From contig CAXBME010000002.1 in assembly GCA_963976765.1 (NCBI GenBank), positions 372,001 to 436,000 of the forward strand: 64,000 nt of DNA, written 5' to 3'. Positions 38,534-48,801 of this stretch are shown here, piece after piece; within the stretch, counting starts at the first letter, position 1, and the number at the start of each line of letters is the position of its first letter. The notes below the pieces were generated by a model. That model did no database searches. It saw only the letters and a list, made by a program, of their open reading frames with translations, and had not been told where the DNA came from. The stretch comes from an uncultured Planctomycetaceae bacterium (GTDB lineage Bacteria; Planctomycetota; Planctomycetia; Planctomycetales; Planctomycetaceae). The position numbers were made by a program, and so were the translations under genes.

Positions 38534-41500
38534 CTACTCAGCACCCGACCCGACCGTGCTCATCAGTTTCCGAATGCGTTCCTGATAACGTTCGATGGCC
38601 TTCCGATAATCTTCTGGTGGCGTTTTGCCGCCCACCTGCCAGACGCCGTCGTCGAGAGTCGAAAGCAGTTTGTTCCACTGGCTGTCCGGCAGCTTTCTGC
38701 CACTGGCCAGAGCCTTCAGCATTTCATTCGCCTTTTCAGACTCGACGATCCTCTGCCACTCCCCGTTGGAATCAGGATCGTCGCCGGACTGCCTGAGAAC
38801 TCGCTGCATCTTCTCTGCCATTTCTTCCAGCTTGCGACGCTGTTCCTTCGTCGTCTGCGGGTCTTCTATTTTTTCCCTGATCGACGCGAGCGACTTTTCG
38901 AGCGTCTCCTGCATTTCTTTTGCCTTCTTTTGCTCCTGACGTTCTTCGTCAGTCATCTCGTTTTCAGATTTCTCTTCTTTGTCGTCTTTCTTTCCTCGTC
39001 GTCTTTCCTCGTCGACCATCTGCATTGCTTTTCGTGCTCGCTGCCGCGCGGCTTCGCGAGCGTCGCTGAGCAGGTCACCACCGCCCCCCTGTTGACCGGT
39101 CATGGTCTGGGCGAGCACTCGCAGATTCCGAGGCCGATTTGGTATACCCAACTGAGCTTCAATGCCTGGCTCACGCTCAAGCCTCGCCAGTATTTCGTCG
39201 AGCGTTGGATCGCGAAGGTCTGCAATACTGGGATCGTCGACGTCATAAGAGTCTAATGCCGCGACAACTGCTCGCCGAATCTGATCGAACAGTTTCTCCG
39301 CTTTCTCAAAACCGTCGAGTGCCATTATCTCCTGGGCCTCTGCGACCGCGAGTCGGTCCTTCGTTGCCGCGAACGTTGCCGCCGCCTGATTGAAAGTGAC
39401 AGCTTCCATGACACGATGTAACTCTCGAATCATGTCAGCAATCCCGCCAGGCAGACCGCTTCCAGCCGTCTGCTGAAACTGGTTGTTCAACTCCTCTTCC
39501 ATGCCGAGCATGTCGATCCGGAGCAACTCGGTCAGCAGGGCAACCGATTGCTGATCCACTTCCGCCAGTCCGGCGTAACGACGTTTCTCAAGTTGACCAG
39601 CCAGTTGTGCCCAGGCATCAGCCTGATCGGCGATCGTTCGGCTTTCGAGCAGCCGCGAAGCGACGTAAGTACCCGTTTCTTCGTCGTCCTCATTTTCAAA
39701 GTTCAACTGCTCCAGCGCAGCGTCGAACTCGCCAAACAGGTAGCTGAGTTGTTCGGCCTTTGTCAGCAGATCGAACGGTTCGTTGTCCTGGTTGATCTGT
39801 TCCAGAAACCTGTTTCTGTCAAACGTAATTTCACGAGCGAGCCGGGCAATCCTCTGAGCATGCTCAATCACGAGTGCCGGCGTGGTCTGATCGGTCTGCA
39901 GAATCAAAGGCATGGCCTGCTCGACCCGCTCAGCCAGCCCGGCTGCTTCCCTGGCCAGTGGCGTCGCTGCGTGTATTCGAATCTCCGCGATGATCGCCCA
40001 CAGGTCTGCCTGTTGACTTTCGTCAGCCAGCTGCCAGTTGCTGAGTTCCGTTGTAATCTCTTCCTGCCGAATAACAATTTCCGACAACTGATCGCGCAAT
40101 GAATCTCGTCGGCGGCGGGCGTTGTCCAGATACCGTGACAACAGTCTTGGATCTTCTCCCAGCATTCGTCCCAGTTCGGCCAACAACTCCCGCCGCATGG
40201 TCACGACTTCGGCGTAACGGTCGAGGTAATCCTGATCCACTTTGATCACCGCCATCTGACGCTTCAGAGGGTTCCTGTTCTGACGCGCCTCGCGCATCAG
40301 TTGCTGACTTCGCTCAACGAGAACCTCGTACATCTCTACCGATTTTTCCAGCCCCTTGGCCAGCTCTTCGTCACGAGCCACCCGATCGTAACGCTTCAGA
40401 AGTGCGGCGAGCATCTCGCGTGCCCGCACAACGTGATGCAGCGAGACGGTCGGATTGTCCGTTCCGAGTGGTTCGCGAATTGCCCGGTAAGTTCGGTCGC
40501 GAGCCGGTGTCACATGAGTGCGAGAAATGTGAACCATCTGCAAGCCGGCGAAGGCAAACTGCAGCTCCTTCGTCTCGTTGCGAAGTTCGGCAACGTACGT
40601 CTCGATGTCGCCCAGCTGCTTGTCAAGACTTCGAAACTGCTCGCTGCGGTCAGCGTCCGGAATGTTCCGCTCGACGACTGCCGTCAGAGCGGTTTCAACT
40701 TCCGCCAGCATTTCGTCGATCTGAGTGACTCGATCTCGAATCTTGATCGCCGTCGCTTTTCGACCACTTGCTGCTGCGACTGCTGTTAATTTCTGAGTGA
40801 TCTTCAACTTTCGTTTTTGTGTCTCCGTGTTCTGTCCGCTTTCAGATTGCTGTGGAGTCAACGCAGCTGTGGCCTTCTGCGGAAGCGGCGTCCCGGAAGG
40901 GGCGCGGTCGTCCTCTTTGCGATCTTTGTTTGCTTCGGAATCTTTCGACCCTCCTCCGCCAGAACTCTGCCGAGCCTCGTTGTTCTTCCGGATTTCGGCG
41001 GTGGCCTGTGCCAGCATCTCTTTGGCATTCTCAGCATCCCGTTCAGACGATTCTTTTCGCAAATCCGACTGCGGATTCTTCGAACTGTCCGCCGCATGAT
41101 CCTTATCGTCCTTCGCCGCCCCTTCACCATCACGGCGGTCGGTTAGCGGAGCATCTTTCTGGTTCGAATTCCGCGCGGCGATTGCCGCCTCCAGATTACC
41201 ATCCTGAGCGTTGCCTTCCTGTGCAGCGTCGGTCCCCGCTTCCGGTTTGTTGTCGTCTCGTTTTTCACCATTCGGTTCACCGGAAGCGTCTTTTGATTCA
41301 TCTTTCGCAACGTCGTCGCCTGCATCCTTCTCCGAGTTGTCTCGCAATTCTGACGCGACTTTTTCAGGGGCACCCTTTGCGGCAGTACCATCCTTCGCAG
41401 CGGTACGAACATCCTGACGATCGGATTCCGAAGACTCTTTTTCTTTGGGTTCATCACTGCCAGAAGCAGGGCTGCCCTTAGAAGTCTTGTCGCCTTTCGA

Positions 41501-43381
41501 TGCAGGTTTCGTGTCGCCGTTGTCCGAGCCATCCTTTTTCGGATTCTCGCGACCTGTTTCCGACTCATTGTGTGACGGTTCGCCGCTTTGCTTGTTTGCT
41601 GAAACGTCTTCGTCCCCATTCCTGGTATCTCGCCCCGCACGCTGCTCTTTGTCGAGTTTTCCAGCCGATGTCAGCATGTTCTTCATTTTTTCTGCGGCTG
41701 AGTCGGAGTCTTTCTTCACCTCACTTTTTGCGTCGCCCTCATCCCTGGCCGACGCCTTCGGGATAGTCCCCTCGGCCATCTGCGACGCTTCTTTGGAATC
41801 GCCAGGCTTTGTATCCGCCATCCGAGCTCGCATGTTGTCCGGATCGAACTCCAGCATCCGCGTGTCGGTAACGCGAATTGTGTAGCTGATGTTTGTACCT
41901 TCTTTGATACCCAGTTTCTTCAGATCAAGTTCCGTCGTCGCCAGAACGTGCCTGTCAAATTTCTGATCGCCCAACGGAATCTGAATGACTTCCAGAATCT
42001 TCGGTTCGTCGCCTTCTTCGGTGTTTGTTTCGTCGTAAATAACGAGTTCGGCGGTGGCGATGCCGTGGTCGTCATGCGCTTCGAATTTGATTGGAATGAC
42101 GTCGTCAAACGCGACGGCCATTTCGTCTGTCGGACTGACCACTCGCGCAAATGGAGCTTTGTCAGGGATGACCTGAATACGGCAACGGTGCCGGTCTTCG
42201 TTGGTCAGACCGTACGAATTGACGAGCGTCAGCTGAAACGACACGTCTTCAATCAGTTGCGTTTCAAATCGATACCAGCCCTCAGGGTCCGGCCTGAGCA
42301 TGATCACCGTTTCTGTCGGGCCTGCATCTGAGTCGGCAGCGTCACCTTCTAACCTAAGTGCCAGTTCAAGCCGCTCCAGCGCATCGGCCGGTTTCATCAA
42401 CAACTCAAGACGGCTGCCTTGAATAACGCGGACGCGCGCGGGAATCAGCGACTTTTCATACTTTGGCCGAGCAGCGTACTCCGGTGCCGTGACCGTCAGT
42501 CGAACTTCGCCCAGGGAAGGATGATCGATAACCCCGACGGTGTGCCAGGGAGTCTGGCCATCGCCAGCGATGACTCGATAACGAAACGGCTCATCAACAG
42601 TCAGTTGATGGATGAACGCACTGGCCTGTGTCTCATCGGGAGTGAGTTCGAAACTGTCGACAAACTCGTCGCCAGTTGCCAGTTCAAGCGTCGCCGTTTC
42701 GCGAGGCAATCCAGACAGTTCAGTCACCAGGTCGATCGATTCACCGCGAGGGATCTCGACATCGCCCGTCAAACTTTTGAGTTGCGTTGCAGTGATGTTG
42801 GTTGCTGGTGACCAGAATCTCTGCATCAGGACGGACGTCTGCGCCCAGTTAATAGCCAGAAACGCGGCGAGAACCAGGCCGCACGCACCAAGCATCACCA
42901 CTGCGGGCCGGATTGCCGCCGGGCGAGCCACGTGAGCTGGACGTACCAGCCGCCCCATTGCAACCGCTTCGCTGGTGACCTGTTGCAGCATGGCTCTGCC
43001 GGTTGCGGACGTGGGCTGGTGCTCGGAGTTCGCGAACGATGTCACCGTCGTCCAGCGTTCTTCGAGTTGTGGAACTTCTTCGTCAGCATTCGACGCGGCG
43101 TGAGAAACCCGCAACGCAGCAAGTAACGGCGGGGCGCCGACGACGACCAGGACCGCAACAGCCAGGACCACCGAACCGATCGTCAAACTGGTGCGAACTC
43201 CGGTGCTGAACAGCGTGAGCGACCAGTCGAGAGCCATCGCCACGACCATCGCCACGATGAGTACGGATGCGGCAATCGCCAGACCTCGCACCGACGCCAG
43301 CAGCGACTGACGCCAGCGAATCTGCCGCAGTTTCTGCTCCATCGCCGATGGCAACGCTGATGAATTCATAATTCGGGACAT
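38534..43381 (-). CDS. Giant membrane-anchored coiled-coil protein (DUF4175-like) with a long charged disordered insert
   Basis: Three N-terminal TM segments (LDW motif), Ig-like region (YRVIAGDG; IPDKAP...AHDDHGI), charged low-complexity tract, long helical C-half ending PEDYRKAIERY. AAGGA RBS before ATG 43381. Confidence 0.8.
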   Translation of the reverse strand: MSRIMNSSALPSAMEQKLRQIRWRQSLLASVRGLAIAASVLIVAMVVAMALDWSLTLFSTGVRTSLTIGSVVLAVAVLVVVGAPPLLAALRVSHAASNADEEVPQLEERWTTVTSFANSEHQPTSATGRAMLQQVTSEAVAMGRLVRPAHVARPAAIRPAVVMLGACGLVLAAFLAINWAQTSVLMQRFWSPATNITATQLKSLTGDVEIPRGESIDLVTELSGLPRETATLELATGDEFVDSFELTPDETQASAFIHQLTVDEPFRYRVIAGDGQTPWHTVGVIDHPSLGEVRLTVTAPEYAARPKYEKSLIPARVRVIQGSRLELLMKPADALERLELALRLEGDAADSDAGPTETVIMLRPDPEGWYRFETQLIEDVSFQLTLVNSYGLTNEDRHRCRIQVIPDKAPFARVVSPTDEMAVAFDDVIPIKFEAHDDHGIATAELVIYDETNTEEGDEPKILEVIQIPLGDQKFDRHVLATTELDLKKLGIKEGTNISYTIRVTDTRMLEFDPDNMRARMADTKPGDSKEASQMAEGTIPKASARDEGDAKSEVKKDSDSAAEKMKNMLTSAGKLDKEQRAGRDTRNGDEDVSANKQSGEPSHNESETGRENPKKDGSDNGDTKPASKGDKTSKGSPASGSDEPKEKESSESDRQDVRTAAKDGTAAKGAPEKVASELRDNSEKDAGDDVAKDESKDASGEPNGEKRDDNKPEAGTDAAQEGNAQDGNLEAAIAARNSNQKDAPLTDRRDGEGAAKDDKDHAADSSKNPQSDLRKESSERDAENAKEMLAQATAEIRKNNEARQSSGGGGSKDSEANKDRKEDDRAPSGTPLPQKATAALTPQQSESGQNTETQKRKLKITQKLTAVAAASGRKATAIKIRDRVTQIDEMLAEVETALTAVVERNIPDADRSEQFRSLDKQLGDIETYVAELRNETKELQFAFAGLQMVHISRTHVTPARDRTYRAIREPLGTDNPTVSLHHVVRAREMLAALLKRYDRVARDEELAKGLEKSVEMYEVLVERSQQLMREARQNRNPLKRQMAVIKVDQDYLDRYAEVVTMRRELLAELGRMLGEDPRLLSRYLDNARRRRDSLRDQLSEIVIRQEEITTELSNWQLADESQQADLWAIIAEIRIHAATPLAREAAGLAERVEQAMPLILQTDQTTPALVIEHAQRIARLAREITFDRNRFLEQINQDNEPFDLLTKAEQLSYLFGEFDAALEQLNFENEDDEETGTYVASRLLESRTIADQADAWAQLAGQLEKRRYAGLAEVDQQSVALLTELLRIDMLGMEEELNNQFQQTAGSGLPGGIADMIRELHRVMEAVTFNQAAATFAATKDRLAVAEAQEIMALDGFEKAEKLFDQIRRAVVAALDSYDVDDPSIADLRDPTLDEILARLEREPGIEAQLGIPNRPRNLRVLAQTMTGQQGGGGDLLSDAREAARQRARKAMQMVDEERRRGKKDDKEEKSENEMTDEERQEQKKAKEMQETLEKSLASIREKIEDPQTTKEQRRKLEEMAEKMQRVLRQSGDDPDSNGEWQRIVESEKANEMLKALASGRKLPDSQWNKLLSTLDDGVWQVGGKTPPEDYRKAIERYQERIRKLMSTVGSGAE

Positions 43382-43440
43382 GATTGAAGTCCTTATTCCT
43401 TTGTCGTAGCGACATGCGGGTTGCAGGTCATTCATGGGCA

Positions 43441-43463
43441 GGCAAGCAGTGTGCTCACCCTAC
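43441..43463 (-). repeat. GTAG-type REP-like palindrome
   Basis: Minus strand GTAG-GGTGAGCA-CAC-TGCTTGCC, fully paired when G-U is allowed; overlaps the upstream gene's TAG. Confidence 0.55.
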
Positions 43464-46279
43464 GACAGCCCTTTCCACTTTCGAATCATCCATTCGATCT
43501 GGAGGCAGCCAAAGACGATCCACAGGTATTTCCACTCAAGCCACAGCGGTCGAGTTTCGATTCGCTCGGTGACGACTGGTTCGAGATTCGTCAGTTCAAG
43601 AATCTCTTCGACGGCGGTCGGCGGCAACACCTGCCCGCCCGTGATGTCGGCAAGCTGCTGAGCCAGTGCTCGGTCGCAGCGGGTGTCAACAAGTTCCAAC
43701 GGAGCATCAGCCTGAACGACAAAGCTGGCTGACGCCGGTTCGCTGGCGCTGTCTTTCTGCAGGTCCGTGATGATTGGTCCAACCGGTTCAACTCGATACT
43801 CGCCCGGCGACAGCGAACGGACTTCTGCGAGATACTCGCCAGGAATTTCAGCCAGCGGCTTCAACGGAACAGAGCGTTCGTCGTTTTCAGAAACAACGCG
43901 AACTTCCAGGCCATCCGCAACGACAGGAACACCTTCTGAGTCAATCAGTTTGACGGTGATACGGACATCGTCCTGTTTCTGATAACGCGACTTGTCGGTG
44001 CGAACCCGCACGAACTTTGTCCCGGCAGAGAGTTCCGAGGCAACGGCCCATCGCAGCAATTGTCCCCAGAATCGGTAGTGCAGCGAGTCGCCTCGCAAAT
44101 ACCGCAACCGGTAAGTGTCCGGCCCGGAAAGATAGATCACTCGTCCTTTGCCAACAGGCTGCCAGCAGAGAAACGCGCTGGCTTTGGTGTCGGCTTCTTC
44201 GTCCAGACTTCCAAACGGCACGGCAGAAATCAGCGTGTGTGCCGATGGTCGGGGTTGTCGCCAATCAGAAACGTGATGCAACGGCGAAAAACGATTCACA
44301 AAGTCCCACGCGATCTGGGTGGATTCCTTCGTGTCGCCAATCATCAATGCGTTGTGATCCCGACCAGCGTCGGTCAGTCGGAACGTATAGCGGTTGGCAT
44401 TTTGAGAGACAGACAGATCGAGCTTCTGAACCGGAAGAATATCTTCCAATGGATGGTCGACGTAGGCGTGCGGCATGGCTTCCTGACCGGCAATCATGAC
44501 CAGCGTACCACCGCGGGAATTGAGATACTCGATCAGCGACTCCTGCACCGCGACCGGTAGATTCTCCGGAATCAGGTCGCCGAGAAGTACGACGTCGTAC
44601 TGATCCCACTCGTCAACGGTCAGTGGAAATGTTCCGGATTCCGCGCGCCGCCCCGTCGCTTGTTTTCGCGGATGAAACAGCATTTCATCGCACTCAATTC
44701 TGGGATCGCGACGAAATAACTGCGACAGATATCGATATTCCCATCGCGAAATTTCATCAGCCAGCAGAACCTTGATATCACTGCGGGTGACGTTGACTTC
44801 GAATTCGCGGACGTTGTTCTCTTCGGTCAGCTCGTCTTCCAGTGGAGAGATCGCGACTTGAAACTGCTGCAAACCCATCGTTGGCATCTGCTGCTCGAAA
44901 CGGACGATTCGACTGGCGAAGCCTGAATCCAGCACGACTTCGCGGAAGTCGATCATCTCGCCGTCCTGCAGAAGCTTGACGATGCAGATTTCGCCCTCGC
45001 AGTCGTAAGCCTGAACGCGAGCTTCGATGACGATATCGTCGTTTCTCATCGCCACCGCCGGAACATAGACCGACTGCAGCAGTACATCACGAACGTATTG
45101 TGTGTTGCCGATCGGGACGACGTAGACCGGAGTGTTACTCAGAGTGGCCGCGACTTCTCGCGGATTCGTCTGATCCATCTGGTTATGTGCAACGTCGCTG
45201 AGCACAAACACCGCTGCTAGCGGCTGATCCTGACGGTCCAGATTCAACTGTTCGAGCACCCCGGTGATGTTCGTGCCGAGCGCCGAGCCGGTGACCTCTT
45301 TATCGCGGATCGAGAATCTGCGAAGCGAACTCTCGGGCGACTTCTGGTCAGTCAGAAGTGTCACCGACTGATCGAAAGAACTGAGTCTCACGTCAGCCCT
45401 GTCCTGCACCGTCGTCAGCACGGATTGATACAACCCGCCGACGAATCCGGCGACTCGTTCGATGCGTTGCGACTTTCGCACGGATGCCAGCAGCGACGGG
45501 TTGTTCTTCGCAAGAAGTTTCCCCTCGTCTTCCGCGACCAGGCGGGCGAGTTCATGCAGCGATCTTCGAAGACTCGCCAGTCGATGTTCGAGATCCGGAA
45601 GACTTTCCCGCCATCCTTTCTGTGCCGGCGTCCGTCCTTTCTGAAGCGCCTCGCACAGCCGCGCGAACGATTCGAATTCGGATCCGTCGAGTGTCTTGAT
45701 CAGCTTTCCGGCCAGCGTCTTCGCTCGACTGGCCGACGCCGACTCGCGGTGGACCATCTCGAGATGTTTCAGCACGCGTTGCAGAGCCCGGTTGGTCGCG
45801 GATGTTGATTCAACAACTTCGCTCTCGGGTTTTCTCTGATTGATCGCCACTGAAGCATTCAGCAGGTACTGCACCGCGATGCCGACCGCAGCAATCGACT
45901 TATCCGCCGCCCGCGTGACCGAGTAATCACGTCCCGCTGGCAAAGCTGCCGCCCAGCGAAGTTCGTCCGATGTGCCGGCGGGATCAATCGTCAACATGCT
46001 GCCGCTGACGTCGGTGACAACCGCGACGGCCTTCCGGGTGGTCGATGTTTCGACTCGGATGTTCTCCGGAGCGAGCAGCATCCAAAGAACGGTTCCCAGA
46101 GCGACGCCTCGCAACACCCAGAACAGGATCGTGTGCCGCTGCCCCAGAATTCTGCGTTCGTGCCACAACGACCAGCCGAAGCCCAGTAGCAGGATCACGC
46201 CAGCAACGACCGCCATGGAAAGGCCGATCGGGCCTTCCATCACGATGCGTTCAAGATTGCTGGTCGTGGTTGGTGGCAT
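43460..46279 (-). CDS. vWA / glutamine-amidotransferase-like membrane protein
   Basis: N-terminal TMs; DVSGSM MIDAS, GTNI, VFVLSD; RWEYRYL..LF.RD; YDVVLLGD; GKGRV...RFWGQLLRW; C-terminal TM and EWMIRKWKGL. ATG 46279 lies 1 nt after the upstream stop. Confidence 0.85.
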   Translation of the reverse strand: MPPTTTSNLERIVMEGPIGLSMAVVAGVILLLGFGWSLWHERRILGQRHTILFWVLRGVALGTVLWMLLAPENIRVETSTTRKAVAVVTDVSGSMLTIDPAGTSDELRWAAALPAGRDYSVTRAADKSIAAVGIAVQYLLNASVAINQRKPESEVVESTSATNRALQRVLKHLEMVHRESASASRAKTLAGKLIKTLDGSEFESFARLCEALQKGRTPAQKGWRESLPDLEHRLASLRRSLHELARLVAEDEGKLLAKNNPSLLASVRKSQRIERVAGFVGGLYQSVLTTVQDRADVRLSSFDQSVTLLTDQKSPESSLRRFSIRDKEVTGSALGTNITGVLEQLNLDRQDQPLAAVFVLSDVAHNQMDQTNPREVAATLSNTPVYVVPIGNTQYVRDVLLQSVYVPAVAMRNDDIVIEARVQAYDCEGEICIVKLLQDGEMIDFREVVLDSGFASRIVRFEQQMPTMGLQQFQVAISPLEDELTEENNVREFEVNVTRSDIKVLLADEISRWEYRYLSQLFRRDPRIECDEMLFHPRKQATGRRAESGTFPLTVDEWDQYDVVLLGDLIPENLPVAVQESLIEYLNSRGGTLVMIAGQEAMPHAYVDHPLEDILPVQKLDLSVSQNANRYTFRLTDAGRDHNALMIGDTKESTQIAWDFVNRFSPLHHVSDWRQPRPSAHTLISAVPFGSLDEEADTKASAFLCWQPVGKGRVIYLSGPDTYRLRYLRGDSLHYRFWGQLLRWAVASELSAGTKFVRVRTDKSRYQKQDDVRITVKLIDSEGVPVVADGLEVRVVSENDERSVPLKPLAEIPGEYLAEVRSLSPGEYRVEPVGPIITDLQKDSASEPASASFVVQADAPLELVDTRCDRALAQQLADITGGQVLPPTAVEEILELTNLEPVVTERIETRPLWLEWKYLWIVFGCLQIEWMIRKWKGLS

Positions 46280-46280
46280 C

Positions 46281-48620
46281 TCAGTTGGCCGTTGTCTGGT
46301 GTGAAGCCGGTTCTGAAACACGTCGGACGGGTGTGGCCGCCGTCGCGTCTGAAGGTGTCGCCTTTTTGCCGAAGCTGATCGGGAACCCCGCCTGTTGCTC
46401 GGCCCAGAGTTCAGTCGTTTCAGCAATCGGATCGGAGCCGAATCGTTCCCGGGAAATGACGCCTGACAGAATCAGCTCGGCGGCAATTAACCCGACAAGA
46501 ATCATCAACAGCATTGGCCACAGCGGATCGGTTTGATTGGTCACGCTGAGTGCGTTGCTGCCGGCAGTTCTGCCCAGCCCGGACACTTCGGCAAGCAACT
46601 GGCGGTCTGCCGTTGTGAGTGACGCCAGATCCGACTCGCCGGGATCACGGTTCACGTGAAACGGAATCCCGTCGCCGGCGGTTCCGAATTCAAGCGTGTA
46701 ATTACCAGGCAGAATCGTACGGCTCGATCGAAAAACAACTCCATCGCCAGCAGAGTCGGCCGTCAGTTCAATCAAGTCTCCATGCGGAGTATGAAGCGTC
46801 GCGTCGCGAACGCTGTCGTCCGCGAGGTGGACTGAAAGCGGATCGCCTGGCATCAGGTTGTGACGCGTGGCCTGAGGCTGTGTCAGGTAAGACAACCAGT
46901 CGTGCACCATCACCACAAAGGCTTGCGACCGGGCAAGTTCACTCCACTGAAGTTTCAACGGGACTGCCTGCACGATGACGCGCCCCCGACCCACGTACTT
47001 TTCGACGGCCAGTGGTTCGCCATTTGTCAGCCCCAGCAGCACCGAAACGTCTTCGCCTTCGGGCGGCGGAACAAATCGAAAACGTCGCTCGACCGTAATT
47101 TCGCCCGTGTCGAGCCGATCAGTGTCGGCCAGTTCGGCGGTTGCCGGATGCTCTTTCAGCAACGGATCAATTTTCGTCGTCTCTGATTGCCTTTCGGCAT
47201 CTGTGATCGACGGTCGCTCATCGACGATTCGATCAATCGCCAGCGGCGCAAGACCGTCTCCGTCGGCAAAGAAGTGCTGATTGAAAGCTTCAACATCCGT
47301 TCGCGCTCCGAGTCCGATCCAAAGCCCCCCGCCACTCGATACGTAGTCGCGAAGTCTGGTAACGATCTCTTCATTCAGGACGGTCAGATTTGGAATAACG
47401 ACCGCACGGTATGGCTGAAGATCGGTCCGTTCCAGACGCCCCGGTTCCATCAGTGTGGGGGCATGAACTCCGCGTTCATCGAGCGACTCAACATCCAGCC
47501 AGCCGAGCGCGGCCTGCACGAAGAAGGTATCTCGCTGCATTTCGGACAGGTCCGGAGCACTTTCCACCAGAACAATCGGCACCTCGTCAACGACTTCAAC
47601 GACGACTGTCGCTTCATTGTCGGGCGCGAGTTCGTCCTTCGAATCAATTACGCACGACATAGCGTAGACGCCGGTCTCTGCGAACGAATACTTCCACACC
47701 ACGTCATGAACGCCGCCACCGTCGAGTCCCGGAATCTGATTGTCGTGCTCTTCGGCGCCGTTGATCGTCCAGGTGACAGAGCACGGGACCGATGTATTGC
47801 GGCCGTAGTTCTGCACCTGAGCTGTCAGGCTGAATGACTGGTTGACCCCAATGACCGTACGGCTGGCGTGGATGTTATTGACTGCGAGATTGCTGACCGG
47901 CTTGTTGTTTTTATCCAGCTCGACCACGTCCAGCTGAGTCGGTATCAACGCCGAAGTCAGCACATCTCGAAACCTCTTCCAGCCCGTGTCGTCTGCAATG
48001 CTCCAGTCAGCCCCCTGCCCATCGGTCAGAAGAATGATTCGCCGTTTGTGCTGAGTCGGTGCAATCTCCGTCTGAGCCGCCGTGAACAGTGCAGAAAGTA
48101 AATCGCTCCGACCATGCGTCGGATGCAGGTCCCGCATTTCCTGTTGAATGGCATCGCGGAAGCCCGAGTCCACTCGCATGCTGCCGCCCATTGCCCATGT
48201 CGGGTAAGGCGATGCCAGAAGCACTCGCACAGAATCTCCCGACGGAATGTCCTGCACTGTTTCTGCGGCATGTTCGATGGCAGCGTCAAACAACGACTTG
48301 TCGTCCGACGTTCGCAACATGGACATCGAATTATCGATAACGAAAATCGTCTCACCGCGTTCTGTGTTGCCGAACCAGTTTCCCGGAAGCATCGGCTGAG
48401 CCAGCGATAAAACAAGCAGGGCAATCGCGAGCACTCTCAGCAGCAGCAACAACCACTGTTTGAGTTTTCGAGCACTGGTTCGCCGAGTCGCGGCTTCCAT
48501 CAGAAACTGCATCGCTCCCCATTCGACTACAACATTGCGTCGTCGATCGAAGAGGTGCAGCAGAATCGGAGCCGCCGCCAGAGGCAGTGCGACCAGGAAT
48601 GCCATACTCAGAAAACTCAC
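46281..48620 (-). CDS. BatA domain / vWA membrane protein
   Basis: PILLHLFDRRR...WGAMQFL...LLRVLAIALLVLSLAQP; IDNSMSM; LLTDGQ; CARDB-like D.LAPDN; C-terminal ESDL...LWP TM. Confidence 0.88.
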   Translation of the reverse strand: MSFLSMAFLVALPLAAAPILLHLFDRRRNVVVEWGAMQFLMEAATRRTSARKLKQWLLLLLRVLAIALLVLSLAQPMLPGNWFGNTERGETIFVIDNSMSMLRTSDDKSLFDAAIEHAAETVQDIPSGDSVRVLLASPYPTWAMGGSMRVDSGFRDAIQQEMRDLHPTHGRSDLLSALFTAAQTEIAPTQHKRRIILLTDGQGADWSIADDTGWKRFRDVLTSALIPTQLDVVELDKNNKPVSNLAVNNIHASRTVIGVNQSFSLTAQVQNYGRNTSVPCSVTWTINGAEEHDNQIPGLDGGGVHDVVWKYSFAETGVYAMSCVIDSKDELAPDNEATVVVEVVDEVPIVLVESAPDLSEMQRDTFFVQAALGWLDVESLDERGVHAPTLMEPGRLERTDLQPYRAVVIPNLTVLNEEIVTRLRDYVSSGGGLWIGLGARTDVEAFNQHFFADGDGLAPLAIDRIVDERPSITDAERQSETTKIDPLLKEHPATAELADTDRLDTGEITVERRFRFVPPPEGEDVSVLLGLTNGEPLAVEKYVGRGRVIVQAVPLKLQWSELARSQAFVVMVHDWLSYLTQPQATRHNLMPGDPLSVHLADDSVRDATLHTPHGDLIELTADSAGDGVVFRSSRTILPGNYTLEFGTAGDGIPFHVNRDPGESDLASLTTADRQLLAEVSGLGRTAGSNALSVTNQTDPLWPMLLMILVGLIAAELILSGVISRERFGSDPIAETTELWAEQQAGFPISFGKKATPSDATAATPVRRVSEPASHQTTAN

Positions 48621-48667
48621 GCTTAAACTTCTCCGTTTCGCGTTGTCAGCAGAGTGTTGTCATCAGG

Positions 48668-48722
48668 GTAGGTGCGTCTTGACGCACCGGTCAGTTTGGT
48701 GGTGCGTCGAGACGCACCCTGC
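48668..48722. repeat. REP doublet (REPIN-like)
   Basis: GTAGGTGCGTC-TT-GACGCACC (48668-48688) and inverted copy GGTGCGTC-GA-GACGCACCCTGC (48701-48722). Confidence 0.75.
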
Positions 48723-48801
48723 GTCGTAATTTCACTAGTCCGTACGCAGAACGCAGGAACGAGTTGGTGATCACTTTGAAGCTGATAACCAGGTTGTCCT
48801 G

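Noticed and set aside
38496..38537. GTAG...CTAC-bounded 42-bp segment overlapping a stop codon
   Set aside because: No internal palindrome strong enough to call a REP.
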